DNA from: a virus
Length of the DNA: 64,000 nt
Reading direction: 5' to 3' (one strand)
IMG/VR virus record: IMGVR_UViG_3300036770_005682
Location: 73,812-137,811 of that record
Shown here: positions 26,578-34,823 of the stretch, one piece after another
How the letters are laid out: each line of letters starts with the position of its first letter
Numbering within the stretch: position 1 is the stretch's first letter
Notes under the pieces: generated by a model
Seen by the model: only the letters and a program-made list of their open reading frames with translations
Databases searched by the model: none
Told to the model about the DNA's origin: nothing
Translations under genes and position numbers: made by a program

Positions 26578-27000
26578 ATGACCGTGGCACACTCAGTAGA
26601 GCAGGCAACCCGCCTGTACCTGTTGGCAAAGGAAGCCAGCGCACAAGCGGAAGCACAGAAGAAGGAAGCGGAACAGGCGTTGCGTGAGGCACTCGCCATC
26701 GCAGGCATCAGCGCAAGCGTGGTGGACGGCATCAAGGTCGCCATCGTGGAAGGCGAGCGCAAGTCCTACGACGCAGACAAGTTGGCGATGCTCGTGAAGC
26801 CCGCCACCTACAAGAAGGTCACCAAGCCCGTCGTGGACGGGGAGATGCTCGCAAGCGCAGTCAGCGTTGGCATCATCTCGCAGGAAGTGGCAGACACCAT
26901 CACAAAGGTCACCACCTACTCGCAGGTGCGTACCACCGCCGTCTCGCCCGATGCGAAGGCGAAGTCCCTGTCCGACAACGGCAAGGCGCAGGTCGCCTAG
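26578..27000 (+). CDS. coiled-coil protein (architecture reminiscent of Mu Gam/Gp157-like proteins)
   Basis: AAAGAAGG SD; N-terminal helix then KVTK.VVD...L segment; family is a guess. Confidence 0.7.
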   Translation: MTVAHSVEQATRLYLLAKEASAQAEAQKKEAEQALREALAIAGISASVVDGIKVAIVEGERKSYDADKLAMLVKPATYKKVTKPVVDGEMLASAVSVGIISQEVADTITKVTTYSQVRTTAVSPDAKAKSLSDNGKAQVA

Positions 27001-27141
27001 CACCCACAAGTCTCGTGTGGGGTGGGAGACACCGCAGATGCTCGCCCACCCCACACAAGAAAGTGGCTACGCAGGTTGTGACTATCAACCGAAGTGGCTA
27101 CACTCCACAACACCAACAACTCCCACGAAAGGGGAACCCCA

Positions 27142-27882
27142 ATGACAAGTGTGGCAGACACACAAGAGACACTTCCCGCCTGTTGGCAGGAAGTCCACGA
27201 TGCGCTGGAAGCGGGCATTGACCGCCTTATCCTGTTCGGCGTTCCAGGAACAGGCAAGACCTACGCAGGTCTGAACTACGGCAACACCGATGCGGGTGCG
27301 TTCCGTCTCATCTGTACCGATGACATGACCAACGCCGATGTGACAGGGTGCTGGCAACCCAATGACCACGGCTCGTGGTCGTGGCTGGAAGGCTCGGCTA
27401 TCCGTGCGTGGAAAGGCGATGGCACAGTCGGTGGTCGTCTCGTCATTGACGAGATAGACAAGGCTGGTGGCGATGTGTTCGCTACCCTGCTTGCGATGAC
27501 CGACAGCCCTGAGAGCGCAAAGTGGGAACACCCGCACACCCGCAAGGTGTTGCGCCCCAACGCAGGTTTCAGCGTGGTGATGACCACCAACATTGAGCAG
27601 ATGAGCGACCTGCCGATGGCACTCAAAGACCGTTTCCCCGTGTGCGTCCGTATCAACGAACCGCACCCGTCAGCACTCGCCCGTCTGAGCGAGGACTTGC
27701 GTGACTACGCCCGTCAGATGGCAGACGCAGGCGAACGCCGTATCTCTCTCCGTGCGTTCTACGCCTTTGACCAACTGCGTACCGCACTCGGCACGAAGCG
27801 GGCGGCGCAGATGGTGTTCCGTGACCGTGCTAAGAGCGTGGTGGACGCTATCGCCATCAACACCATGACCCCGCAGAAGTAG
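27142..27882 (+). CDS. MoxR/CbbQ-type AAA+ ATPase
   Basis: GVPGTGKT Walker A, LVIDEID Walker B, MTTN sensor, ALKDRF. Confidence 0.9.
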   Translation: MTSVADTQETLPACWQEVHDALEAGIDRLILFGVPGTGKTYAGLNYGNTDAGAFRLICTDDMTNADVTGCWQPNDHGSWSWLEGSAIRAWKGDGTVGGRLVIDEIDKAGGDVFATLLAMTDSPESAKWEHPHTRKVLRPNAGFSVVMTTNIEQMSDLPMALKDRFPVCVRINEPHPSALARLSEDLRDYARQMADAGERRISLRAFYAFDQLRTALGTKRAAQMVFRDRAKSVVDAIAINTMTPQK

Positions 27883-27887
27883 GGGTC

Positions 27888-29420
27888 ATGTCCAAGAGCA
27901 ACGAAACGCCTGTTGAGGCGACCATCAAGAAAGGCGCAACGCCACAGTATCCCGAACCTGAGATGCTGTCTCGTGGTGACCTGACTGCCACAACCGACAA
28001 CAAGCGTTGGAACATCGTGAATGTCCAACCTGTGCGTGGCGAGCCAATGACGGAAGTGACGCACCGTGAGATGCGTGTGCCGATGTACGACACCGAACAC
28101 TCACGCCACATACGGGCGCACGAGATGACCCACGCCAAAGTCTCGCCAACTGCGAAGCAGTTTGAGAAGTGGGTCGCTCGTGGCTACGCCAAGCCCGCAA
28201 CGCTCGTGCGCTGTGAGGAACTGCGTGTGAATGTGCTGTGCGCCCGTGCGGGCTTTGAGCCGATGACGCACCTGACGGACGGAAGCGAGTATCTCGCAGG
28301 CAAGCGCACAGCAGAGGCGAGCGACTTTCAGAGTGCCGTGCTGGACGCTATCTCGTTCCGTGGCACGGCAGGATACGCACCGTACTTGGAAGGGGTGAAG
28401 CAGGTGAAGCCGATGTGGGCAGACCTGCTGGAAGCCATCTCCAAGACGGGCGAGGACTACTTCACGAGCGTCACCGACAACCCACGCTCGCAACCGCAAC
28501 TGTGGGACACCCACAGCCGTCTCCACTTGTCAGGCTTTGGCTATGTGGAGAACTACGCCAAGTGGGTAGAAGAACAGGTGGGTGCGCTGTGCGACAACCC
28601 GACAGGCGAGCCACAACCACAGCCCGCAGGCAAGGAAGGCGAGGGCAAGGAAGGCGAGGGCAAGCAACCTGACAAGTCACCTGCCGAAGCAACTGCCAAC
28701 GCAGGTGAACGCCTGACGCAAGACCGGTGGGGTCGTGGCAGTATCCCGAAGCGTGGTCGTGCGACCTTGTGGGAAGAACTGCGTGTCGCCACGCCTGCGT
28801 TGGAACGGAATGTGATGGGTGCTATCGGGCGCAAGCGTGTGGCATCGCAGACAGGGCGCAACCCACGCCGTCTGTCTCGTATGCTCACCGACCCTGAGAA
28901 GCGCATCTTTGACCGCACCGTGAAAGGCGCAGGTGGCGTGGTACTCATTGACACAAGCGGGTCAATGTCGCTAGACCACGATGAAGTGATGGCGATGGTA
29001 CTGAACGCACCGTCAGCACTCGTGGCGCAGTATTCGGGTGGCAAGCCATCACGCCCCAACCTGTATGTGGTCGCCAACAAGGGCAAGTGTGTGAACCAAC
29101 TCCCGACACCGAATGGTGGGAACGGAATGGACGCACCCGCCTTGCGTTGGGCTATCTCCAAGCGTCAGCGCAACACCGCACCTATCATTTGGGTCACAGA
29201 TGGTGGGGTCACGGGCAAGGGCGATGGCTGGTACGAGGACTTGGCGATGGAATGTATCAACCTTGTGAAGCGTCACGGCATCTACACCGCCGAAACGCCT
29301 GAGCAGGCTATTGAGATGTTGCGGGCGATGTCAAAGGGCGAGAAGGTCAAGAGCATTGTGCCATCGCACCTGTCAGCCGTCTATCAGTCCATCACGGGTC
29401 ACGAACTGACCTTCCGCTAG
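27888..29420 (+). CDS. vWA-domain partner of the AAA ATPase, with N-terminal HExxH
   Basis: RAHEMTH; DTSGSM MIDAS, GGNG.D, VTDG. Confidence 0.85.
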   Translation: MSKSNETPVEATIKKGATPQYPEPEMLSRGDLTATTDNKRWNIVNVQPVRGEPMTEVTHREMRVPMYDTEHSRHIRAHEMTHAKVSPTAKQFEKWVARGYAKPATLVRCEELRVNVLCARAGFEPMTHLTDGSEYLAGKRTAEASDFQSAVLDAISFRGTAGYAPYLEGVKQVKPMWADLLEAISKTGEDYFTSVTDNPRSQPQLWDTHSRLHLSGFGYVENYAKWVEEQVGALCDNPTGEPQPQPAGKEGEGKEGEGKQPDKSPAEATANAGERLTQDRWGRGSIPKRGRATLWEELRVATPALERNVMGAIGRKRVASQTGRNPRRLSRMLTDPEKRIFDRTVKGAGGVVLIDTSGSMSLDHDEVMAMVLNAPSALVAQYSGGKPSRPNLYVVANKGKCVNQLPTPNGGNGMDAPALRWAISKRQRNTAPIIWVTDGGVTGKGDGWYEDLAMECINLVKRHGIYTAETPEQAIEMLRAMSKGEKVKSIVPSHLSAVYQSITGHELTFR

Positions 29421-29534
29421 ACCGCACAGGCGGACTGTTCCCCCACCCACAGGGACAGCCCGCCCAAGCGTGGCGGGCGGGTGGCACTTCCCCCTTTCAG
29501 TCACCCGCCCGCCTGAACACGAAAGAGAACGCAG

Positions 29535-29696
29535 ATGAAGTGGAACACCACAGCAGTCATGGGTCACATTGTTGAGACTGTGACCACCGAAGCAGACGAC
29601 ATTGACACCGCAACGGAGATGGCATACGACCTGCTGGAAGGCAAGGGCTATGACCTGTCAGCCTTTGACGAAGTGACAACGGAGAGCGAGCGATGA
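29535..29696 (+). CDS. small acidic protein (53 aa)
   Basis: Read manually (MKWNTTAVMGH...); ATGA overlap with the next gene. Confidence 0.65.
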   Translation: MKWNTTAVMGHIVETVTTEADDIDTATEMAYDLLEGKGYDLSAFDEVTTESER

Positions 29697-29953
29697 GCAA
29701 GTACCGTGTTCAGGTCATGGTCGGCGTAGATGTCTCAGCCGACACAGATGGCGAGGCGATGGTGAACGCCGTTGCGAAGGTGCGTGGCATTATCGGGGAG
29801 AACCCGACAGAGCCAATGCCGAAGGAAGCGTGGGTGACGGGCATCGCACTTGCCGACCCCGCACATTGGCATCACACGAGCGTTGAGGGGTACATGGTAT
29901 TCCGACAGCCCGACCGAGCCGAGGACAACTCTTTGACGGTGGCGGAAGACTAG
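29693..29953 (+). CDS. hypothetical protein; its 3' end encodes a motif copy (..SLTVAED)
   Basis: 86-aa ORF. Confidence 0.7.
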   Translation: MSKYRVQVMVGVDVSADTDGEAMVNAVAKVRGIIGENPTEPMPKEAWVTGIALADPAHWHHTSVEGYMVFRQPDRAEDNSLTVAED

Positions 29954-30177
29954 TCGCTGAACACTTTTTTGTCGTAGATGCGTAGGGCATTTACGGCAAG
30001 GCTGGTCACGGCGCACTTCCAGTAAGGTGCGTTCCAGTCTGTGATGTCAGACGAACGCAAGAACCACAGCACAACCCACAGCACTCCGCCGTAAATAGAA
30101 CCCGCAAGTCCAGCCCCTGCTAGCGTAACTAAGAACGCTGGTTTGGGGCTGTTTGTTATCTCAGGGTGTTTAGGCAT
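29950..30177 (-). CDS. small membrane protein
   Basis: MPKHPE start; FLVTLAGAGLAGSIYGGVLWVVLW transmembrane segment. Confidence 0.6.
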   Translation of the reverse strand: MPKHPEITNSPKPAFLVTLAGAGLAGSIYGGVLWVVLWFLRSSDITDWNAPYWKCAVTSLAVNALRIYDKKVFSD

Positions 30178-30544
30178 TGACGGTCTTGCCCAAGCGGTTG
30201 ATGATTTGGTGAACGCGCTGGCGCGACAACCCGTACTCATCACCGATGCTTTGGAGCGACCTGCCATTTTGACGGGCAACGAGCATGGCGTTGTCCCTGT
30301 CGGGATTACCTGATGGGCCGGGCTTACATGGCCCCCATGCCCACCCTGCGAACTTCTCCAACTGTGCGATGCGCTCAGGAGACAGAGTGCCTGCCCGATA
30401 CTTGATACGCACATAGGTCACCCATGACCCAAGTGAAACTGTCTCTCCGTCCACCGAACACTTGTACGAGGTCGGTACAAGGGCTGTTCCGTGTTCTGAA
30501 ACGTAGGTGGATAGTGCTTGAATGTTTTTGTCCCATCGGCTCAT
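30170..30544 (-). CDS. helicase-associated (HA) domain plus sigma70-region-4-like HTH
   Basis: W......L..Y...HG...VP..Y......LG.WV...R......L...RI..L; SLQSIG..YGLSRQRVHQI; leaderless after TAATGT. Confidence 0.8.
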   Translation of the reverse strand: MSRWDKNIQALSTYVSEHGTALVPTSYKCSVDGETVSLGSWVTYVRIKYRAGTLSPERIAQLEKFAGWAWGPCKPGPSGNPDRDNAMLVARQNGRSLQSIGDEYGLSRQRVHQIINRLGKTVNA

Positions 30545-30682
30545 AGTCTTGACATTACTCGACCGGCCACCGGCTGCGGCGGAACCGGCTTGACAGCCCC
30601 GCGATGCGGCCGCCAGCTTCCGGGGCCCCTGATGACGGTGGTGGAAGACAGGGCCGGCCCTCGAGAAAGTTTTCGCCACGTG

Positions 30683-30711
30683 TTGCATTTGTCAGTTGTA
30701 CTGGGTAGTGT
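30683..30711 (+). promoter_or_regulatory. sigma-A promoter
   Basis: TTGCAT-17-TAGTGT. Confidence 0.65.
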
Positions 30712-30743
30712 GACGGCACCACTTCACAAGGAAGGAGAAGGAA

Positions 30744-30953
30744 ATGGAAACCTATGACAAAGAAGCAGTAGAGAAACTGCAACCAGAGAAAGCACGGGGG
30801 GAAGTGGGAGTGCTCTCAATGGAAGGACTAGATGTCGGCGTCAAAATCGCAGACGTTCGTGTCCGCTTCGGTCATATTGATTACCTAGTCAAGCCACTCA
30901 ACGGCAAGGGCGAGGTATGGGTGGAGCGCCACCGTGTCAAAGTGATGGCGTGA
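30744..30953 (+). CDS. small beta-rich hypothetical protein
   Basis: AAGGAG SD; D.R.RFG..DY.V.P..G.GE.WV. Confidence 0.75.
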   Translation: METYDKEAVEKLQPEKARGEVGVLSMEGLDVGVKIADVRVRFGHIDYLVKPLNGKGEVWVERHRVKVMA

Positions 30954-30992
30954 CAAACGTCACTTGACAAACTGGCTTGTGGGGTGTAGCGT
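30949..30992 (+). promoter_or_regulatory. sigma-A promoter with abutting CRP-like box
   Basis: CGTGA-N6-TCACT at 30949-30964; TTGACA-17-TAGCGT. Confidence 0.75.
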
Positions 30993-31033
30993 GTACCCCA
31001 CAAGTCACTACTTATCTATTAGCAAGGGGAACA

Positions 31034-31183
31034 ATGTCAGACGAACTGACCTACTGGAACTGCCACAAGTGCAAGGACACTTGGGAGCCGTACTACGGCA
31101 TGCTGAGCATCAAAGACGATGTCACGCCCGCCATCATCATCTACACCTGCATCAACTGTATGCCAGACGACGAGGAGGAATGA
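31034..31183 (+). CDS. small Zn-ribbon protein
   Basis: AAGGGG SD; CHKC...CINC. Confidence 0.65.
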   Translation: MSDELTYWNCHKCKDTWEPYYGMLSIKDDVTPAIIIYTCINCMPDDEEE

Positions 31184-31344
31184 TGCGTACCCTCATCATC
31201 ACACTCACCACACCCGACGAGATTGACCCATCAGAGGTCGCTGAAATCATGGTTGACGACTTTTACTACTCAAACCGTGCTACCGAGGACTTCGGCCCGC
31301 ACATGGAGGAGATTCTCATCTCATGGAAGGAAGAAGAGAAATGA
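31180..31344 (+). CDS. small acidic protein
   Basis: GAGGAGG SD, ATGA overlaps on both sides. Confidence 0.65.
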   Translation: MMRTLIITLTTPDEIDPSEVAEIMVDDFYYSNRATEDFGPHMEEILISWKEEEK

Positions 31345-31661
31345 GAGCCATAGCAAGCGCTCCGATGCGCATCATGCCCATTACTGAAGCGATAGAAATC
31401 CGCTTCAGTTCCACGTCATACAAAGGCGACGTCACAAAATGGCAACTGCTCGCCAGCGTGAACACAAACGGCACCATCTCCTACACGCTTCACCGTGTTC
31501 CCCGTGCCTCGTACGGTTACTCATTGACCAGCCTTGTGGGTACCTCTCGTGTGATTCTTCCGATGAAGGCCTACGATGGGTGGCACGGCGATGTTCTTGA
31601 GTGGGTTCGTGACCACACTCTGTCAGGCAAGACCGTCTACGAGATTGAGAAGGTGCTCTAA
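31341..31661 (+). CDS. hypothetical protein
   Basis: Coupled operon gene. Confidence 0.7.
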   Translation: MRAIASAPMRIMPITEAIEIRFSSTSYKGDVTKWQLLASVNTNGTISYTLHRVPRASYGYSLTSLVGTSRVILPMKAYDGWHGDVLEWVRDHTLSGKTVYEIEKVL

Positions 31662-32119
31662 TGGCTACGCGTTCTGTTGTCGCTCGCTTGACTGAAAGCG
31701 GTATTGAGGGTCGCTACGTTCATTGGGATGGTTACCCCATCCACATGATGACAGCGCTCTACGAGTTGATTCGCCGTGACGGCTACGAGACCGTCACACG
31801 TGTTCTTCTTGACGAACACGACGGGTGGTCATCCATCAACCCGTTCCAAGAAGAAGACGACGACACGATTGGACACGTGGAGACGCTTGAGTACTGGGGC
31901 AAGTACTACACGGACACACCGAACGAACCATTCTTCACGACATTGAGCGAGGCGTACGACGCTTGGGCGGAATACGTGTACATCATCGTCGCAGAGGGTG
32001 AACAGCCTGTGGAGATTCGCTGTTACCGCCAAGACACAGACGAACCGATTCAGGTGATGCAGGTGCTGTGCGACCATGAATACGACTCGTACTGTGCGAA
32101 CTGCGGGGTGGACTCATGA
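31661..32119 (+). CDS. hypothetical protein (MATRS...YVHWDGYP type)
   Basis: Recurrent phage motif M.TRS, Y.HWDGYP, EY.Y. Confidence 0.8.
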   Translation: MATRSVVARLTESGIEGRYVHWDGYPIHMMTALYELIRRDGYETVTRVLLDEHDGWSSINPFQEEDDDTIGHVETLEYWGKYYTDTPNEPFFTTLSEAYDAWAEYVYIIVAEGEQPVEIRCYRQDTDEPIQVMQVLCDHEYDSYCANCGVDS

Positions 32120-32259
32120 AAGATTTGATTGAGGAAATCATCAACATTCTCAACTTGCCTGGTGAGCAATACACAGACGGCGAATGCCTGGACCTCATCG
32201 CAGAGTTGTTGACGGAAAATGGATTTGAAGTTTTTGAGGAGCAGAATGAAAGCGCATGA
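32116..32259 (+). CDS. small acidic protein (47 aa, TDGECLD motif)
   Basis: Read manually; ATGA overlap. Confidence 0.6.
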   Translation: MKDLIEEIINILNLPGEQYTDGECLDLIAELLTENGFEVFEEQNESA

Positions 32260-32497
32260 ACTCATCAAGCAATTGATGGAACTTCCGCCAGACGAGCCCG
32301 TCTGTGCACTCGTGTGGACAAAAGCAGAGTTTGATTTCAACGACGAGTATGACGAGTTGGAATTGACCCCCGAGGGTTGGCAAAAGGTCTGCGACGACTT
32401 CTACAGTTCCCTGAACGTGCTGTGCCACACGATTGACGAAAGTCTCAACAACGCAGTATTGGACTACGCAATAGAAAAGAGTTTTGATGCCGAGTGA
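32246..32497 (+). CDS. hypothetical protein
   Basis: GAGGAG SD, MKAHELIKQL start. Confidence 0.7.
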   Translation: MKAHELIKQLMELPPDEPVCALVWTKAEFDFNDEYDELELTPEGWQKVCDDFYSSLNVLCHTIDESLNNAVLDYAIEKSFDAE

Positions 32498-32894
32498 ACA
32501 AGTACTCGTAAACGACGACGGGGAAATCCAATGCATATGCATGAACGAGCCGTCGTGGGATGGGTTCAGCGCATGCCACCGCAATGGCCAAGTGGATGAC
32601 AATCTGCTTTCAAAGCACAACGTCGACAGCGTCTACTACCTGTGTCAGCGCTGTGGCCGAATCATTAACGAAACAACCCTCGAGGTTGTGGCAGTGCTGC
32701 AGTCAGATGAAGAAAATTTTGATGACCTGTTCACTGCGGCCGTCGGGATGAAGGAACGTGCACACCGCATAGCCCAGCAGGCGCTGGAGGAGAAACCATG
32801 GAACGTCGAGGAAATGATGGGTGACCTCTCGAGTATCGAGCGACTTCTGGTGTGCCTCCAGAAGGTGAAACTCCAGGAGCTCCAAACGTTCTGA
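32487..32894 (+). CDS. Zn-binding hypothetical protein
   Basis: C.C.N.P..DGF..C...CQRCGRII. Confidence 0.75.
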   Translation: MPSEQVLVNDDGEIQCICMNEPSWDGFSACHRNGQVDDNLLSKHNVDSVYYLCQRCGRIINETTLEVVAVLQSDEENFDDLFTAAVGMKERAHRIAQQALEEKPWNVEEMMGDLSSIERLLVCLQKVKLQELQTF

Positions 32895-33204
32895 CAACTC
32901 TTTTACGGTGGTGGAAGAGGTTGTAATTACATAACGAAGTAGCTATTATGACTAAACAAATGCTGACGCCTGATATGACGCTCCGCTCGACACTGTGCGA
33001 GCTCAAGAAATTTGAACACCCTCCAGTGAGCCGCTTTAAATTAGGCAGTCCTTGTCGTTTCATCCGAACAATTGACATATTTGTCCACATCGTTATCCCC
33101 GAACTTGTGGAAAAACCTTTTCCACATCTCGCGCGATATCTGCGCAACACATCCCCTCGCTGGGGCCGCAGCTGGCGGCACTGGTAACTACAGAAAGGAA
33201 AACC

Positions 33205-33513
33205 ATGTTTGACGACATGCCCAACCCATACGAAGACCTCTATATCTGGGATTCCCTGGAGAAACGCGGCTTCCCTATCGGCTCGGCCGTGCAATGCATT
33301 CATCTCAACGCACCAGGCGTACGTGAGGTAATTGTCAACGGAGACCCCGAAGCAATCCAGACTCTCATGAATTCCGAGGGCCGTGAGCTCAGCGAAACCA
33401 TGGTCGAGGTCCTGAAGACGTTCGTCGGAATCATGTTCAAGGTTTACGCTGACCAGCCAGACGAAAAGCGGATGGAAATCCTCGAGTACATCAAAGGCCT
33501 GGCTGGCCAATGA
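33205..33513 (+). CDS. hypothetical protein
   Basis: AGAAAGGA SD. Confidence 0.75.
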   Translation: MFDDMPNPYEDLYIWDSLEKRGFPIGSAVQCIHLNAPGVREVIVNGDPEAIQTLMNSEGRELSETMVEVLKTFVGIMFKVYADQPDEKRMEILEYIKGLAGQ

Positions 33514-33585
33514 TGGCCACATTAATATTCGCTGCGGCGGTAGTAGCGCTATTCACGTGTAACTGATGTGGTACCATCCCGGACC

Positions 33586-33762
33586 ATGTCGAAAAGATTT
33601 ATCTGGAAATGCCCCAAGTGCTCGAACAAGCTCGAGGTGCGTGTGTCTTTGTCGACCGCCCCAGTCTGTGCGAACAAGAAAAGTCACACCTCGAAGCCCC
33701 AGGTCATGGAGCTCATCGAGGGCGGCGAAGGGGCCATCGTTAAAAAACCAGCCAATAAATAA
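33586..33762 (+). CDS. small Zn-ribbon protein
   Basis: CPKC...C....H; TACCAT -10 just upstream. Confidence 0.6.
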   Translation: MSKRFIWKCPKCSNKLEVRVSLSTAPVCANKKSHTSKPQVMELIEGGEGAIVKKPANK

Positions 33763-33807
33763 TCACTGACAACTCTTTTACGGTGGCGGAAGACCTAGTA
33801 TTACTGC

Positions 33808-34293
33808 ATGAACACAACCGCATACAACATCGAAACCTGGAATGATGGGGCCGCCGCTGCGGCAGAGAAGATATTCGACTTCCCAGTCCCCCACCCCGGT
33901 TTATCCATCATCGAGCTCCGGTCGAGCTTCACAAAGATGGAAGATTATTTCGCCCGTCATGAAAACAGTGGCATGTTCTCTATTGCCTGGTCAGACGTAG
34001 GCAACGTAGCTGCGCGCTATGCCGCTAATAGCGGCCATCGCTTTACGCAGGATGAGCTAGTTGAGACATTAGTTCGCAAGCAACGTGACTACGGTCATAA
34101 TAATATTCTCCGTTTTGGCACGTATGGCGTCATCGTCCGCTGCCACGACAAAATCGCACGCCTCGAGCACCTCCTCGAGAACGGCAAGACACCCCAGAAC
34201 GAATCAATCAAAGACAACTTGATGGACGTCGCCGGCTACGCGGCAATTGGCATCATGCTCAACCATGGATGGTTCGAAAAAGAGCTGAAGTGA
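33808..34293 (+). CDS. nucleotide-modification-associated domain protein (DUF1599-like, MazG/dUTPase-type helical fold)
   Basis: KQRDYG..NI..FG..G..VR..DK.ARL, ES..D.L.D.AGYA. Confidence 0.8.
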   Translation: MNTTAYNIETWNDGAAAAAEKIFDFPVPHPGLSIIELRSSFTKMEDYFARHENSGMFSIAWSDVGNVAARYAANSGHRFTQDELVETLVRKQRDYGHNNILRFGTYGVIVRCHDKIARLEHLLENGKTPQNESIKDNLMDVAGYAAIGIMLNHGWFEKELK

Positions 34294-34389
34294 GGGGAGT
34301 CTCAGCGCAGCCAACCTACCCACAAACCGCGCTGAGACTCTAACCCTCGTGAGGGGAAGGGGACCCTCGAGGTCCAGGTTACACCATTA

Positions 34390-34403
34390 CGAACACATGT
34401 TCG
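34390..34403. promoter_or_regulatory. LexA (SOS) box
   Basis: CGAACACATGTTCG, perfect consensus. Confidence 0.7.
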
Positions 34404-34599
34404 GGGATGCCGGGGCTCCCACCCACGTTGCGCTCATTAACATTTGACGGTGGCGGATGACCCCAAAAAAATTTCCCGAATCTGCTTGCAGCCGCCACAC
34501 CCTCCTGCTACAGTTCCTCCCACAACCGAAGGCCGGCCTAAAACCTTCACTTTCAACGTTGCCCAAATCCAGCAACGTTATTTGTGTTGCCCCAACTCA

Positions 34600-34823
34600 T
34601 GTTTTTTACCCCTGCCGCCTAGTGGGGGGGACTACAGGGGGGGGGTAAGTCACCTTACTGAACAATAATTGCGTTCTAGTACATCAGCTAGCGCTGATTG
34701 TTCTAGAAGCGTGAAATAACTTGAAGTTCTATAGTTCTTGAGTAAGGTAAGTCATAGTTAGTACTACAACTCCCCTACCAGTATGTTGTAGTACCAATGG
34801 TCGCGTAGAAGGAGTAAGTAATT
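34600..34823. other. candidate replication origin
   Basis: Non-coding; G7-ACTACA-G9 element, AT-rich stretch with four GTTCT(A/T) repeats, directly upstream of initiator-like and loader-like genes. Confidence 0.4.

Noticed and set aside
28629-28664. GGCAAGGAAGGCGAG tandem repeat
   Set aside because: In-frame GKEGE linker duplication in the vWA protein
32948-33187. 79-aa ORF after motif copy 32904
   Set aside because: No SD, atypical composition and no recognisable motif; may be non-coding, so it is not listed as a feature
17631-34460. TTGACG within the motif as a sigma-A -35 element
   Set aside because: No TANNNT follows at 16-18 bp in the copies I checked, and several copies are followed directly by terminators of oppositely oriented genes
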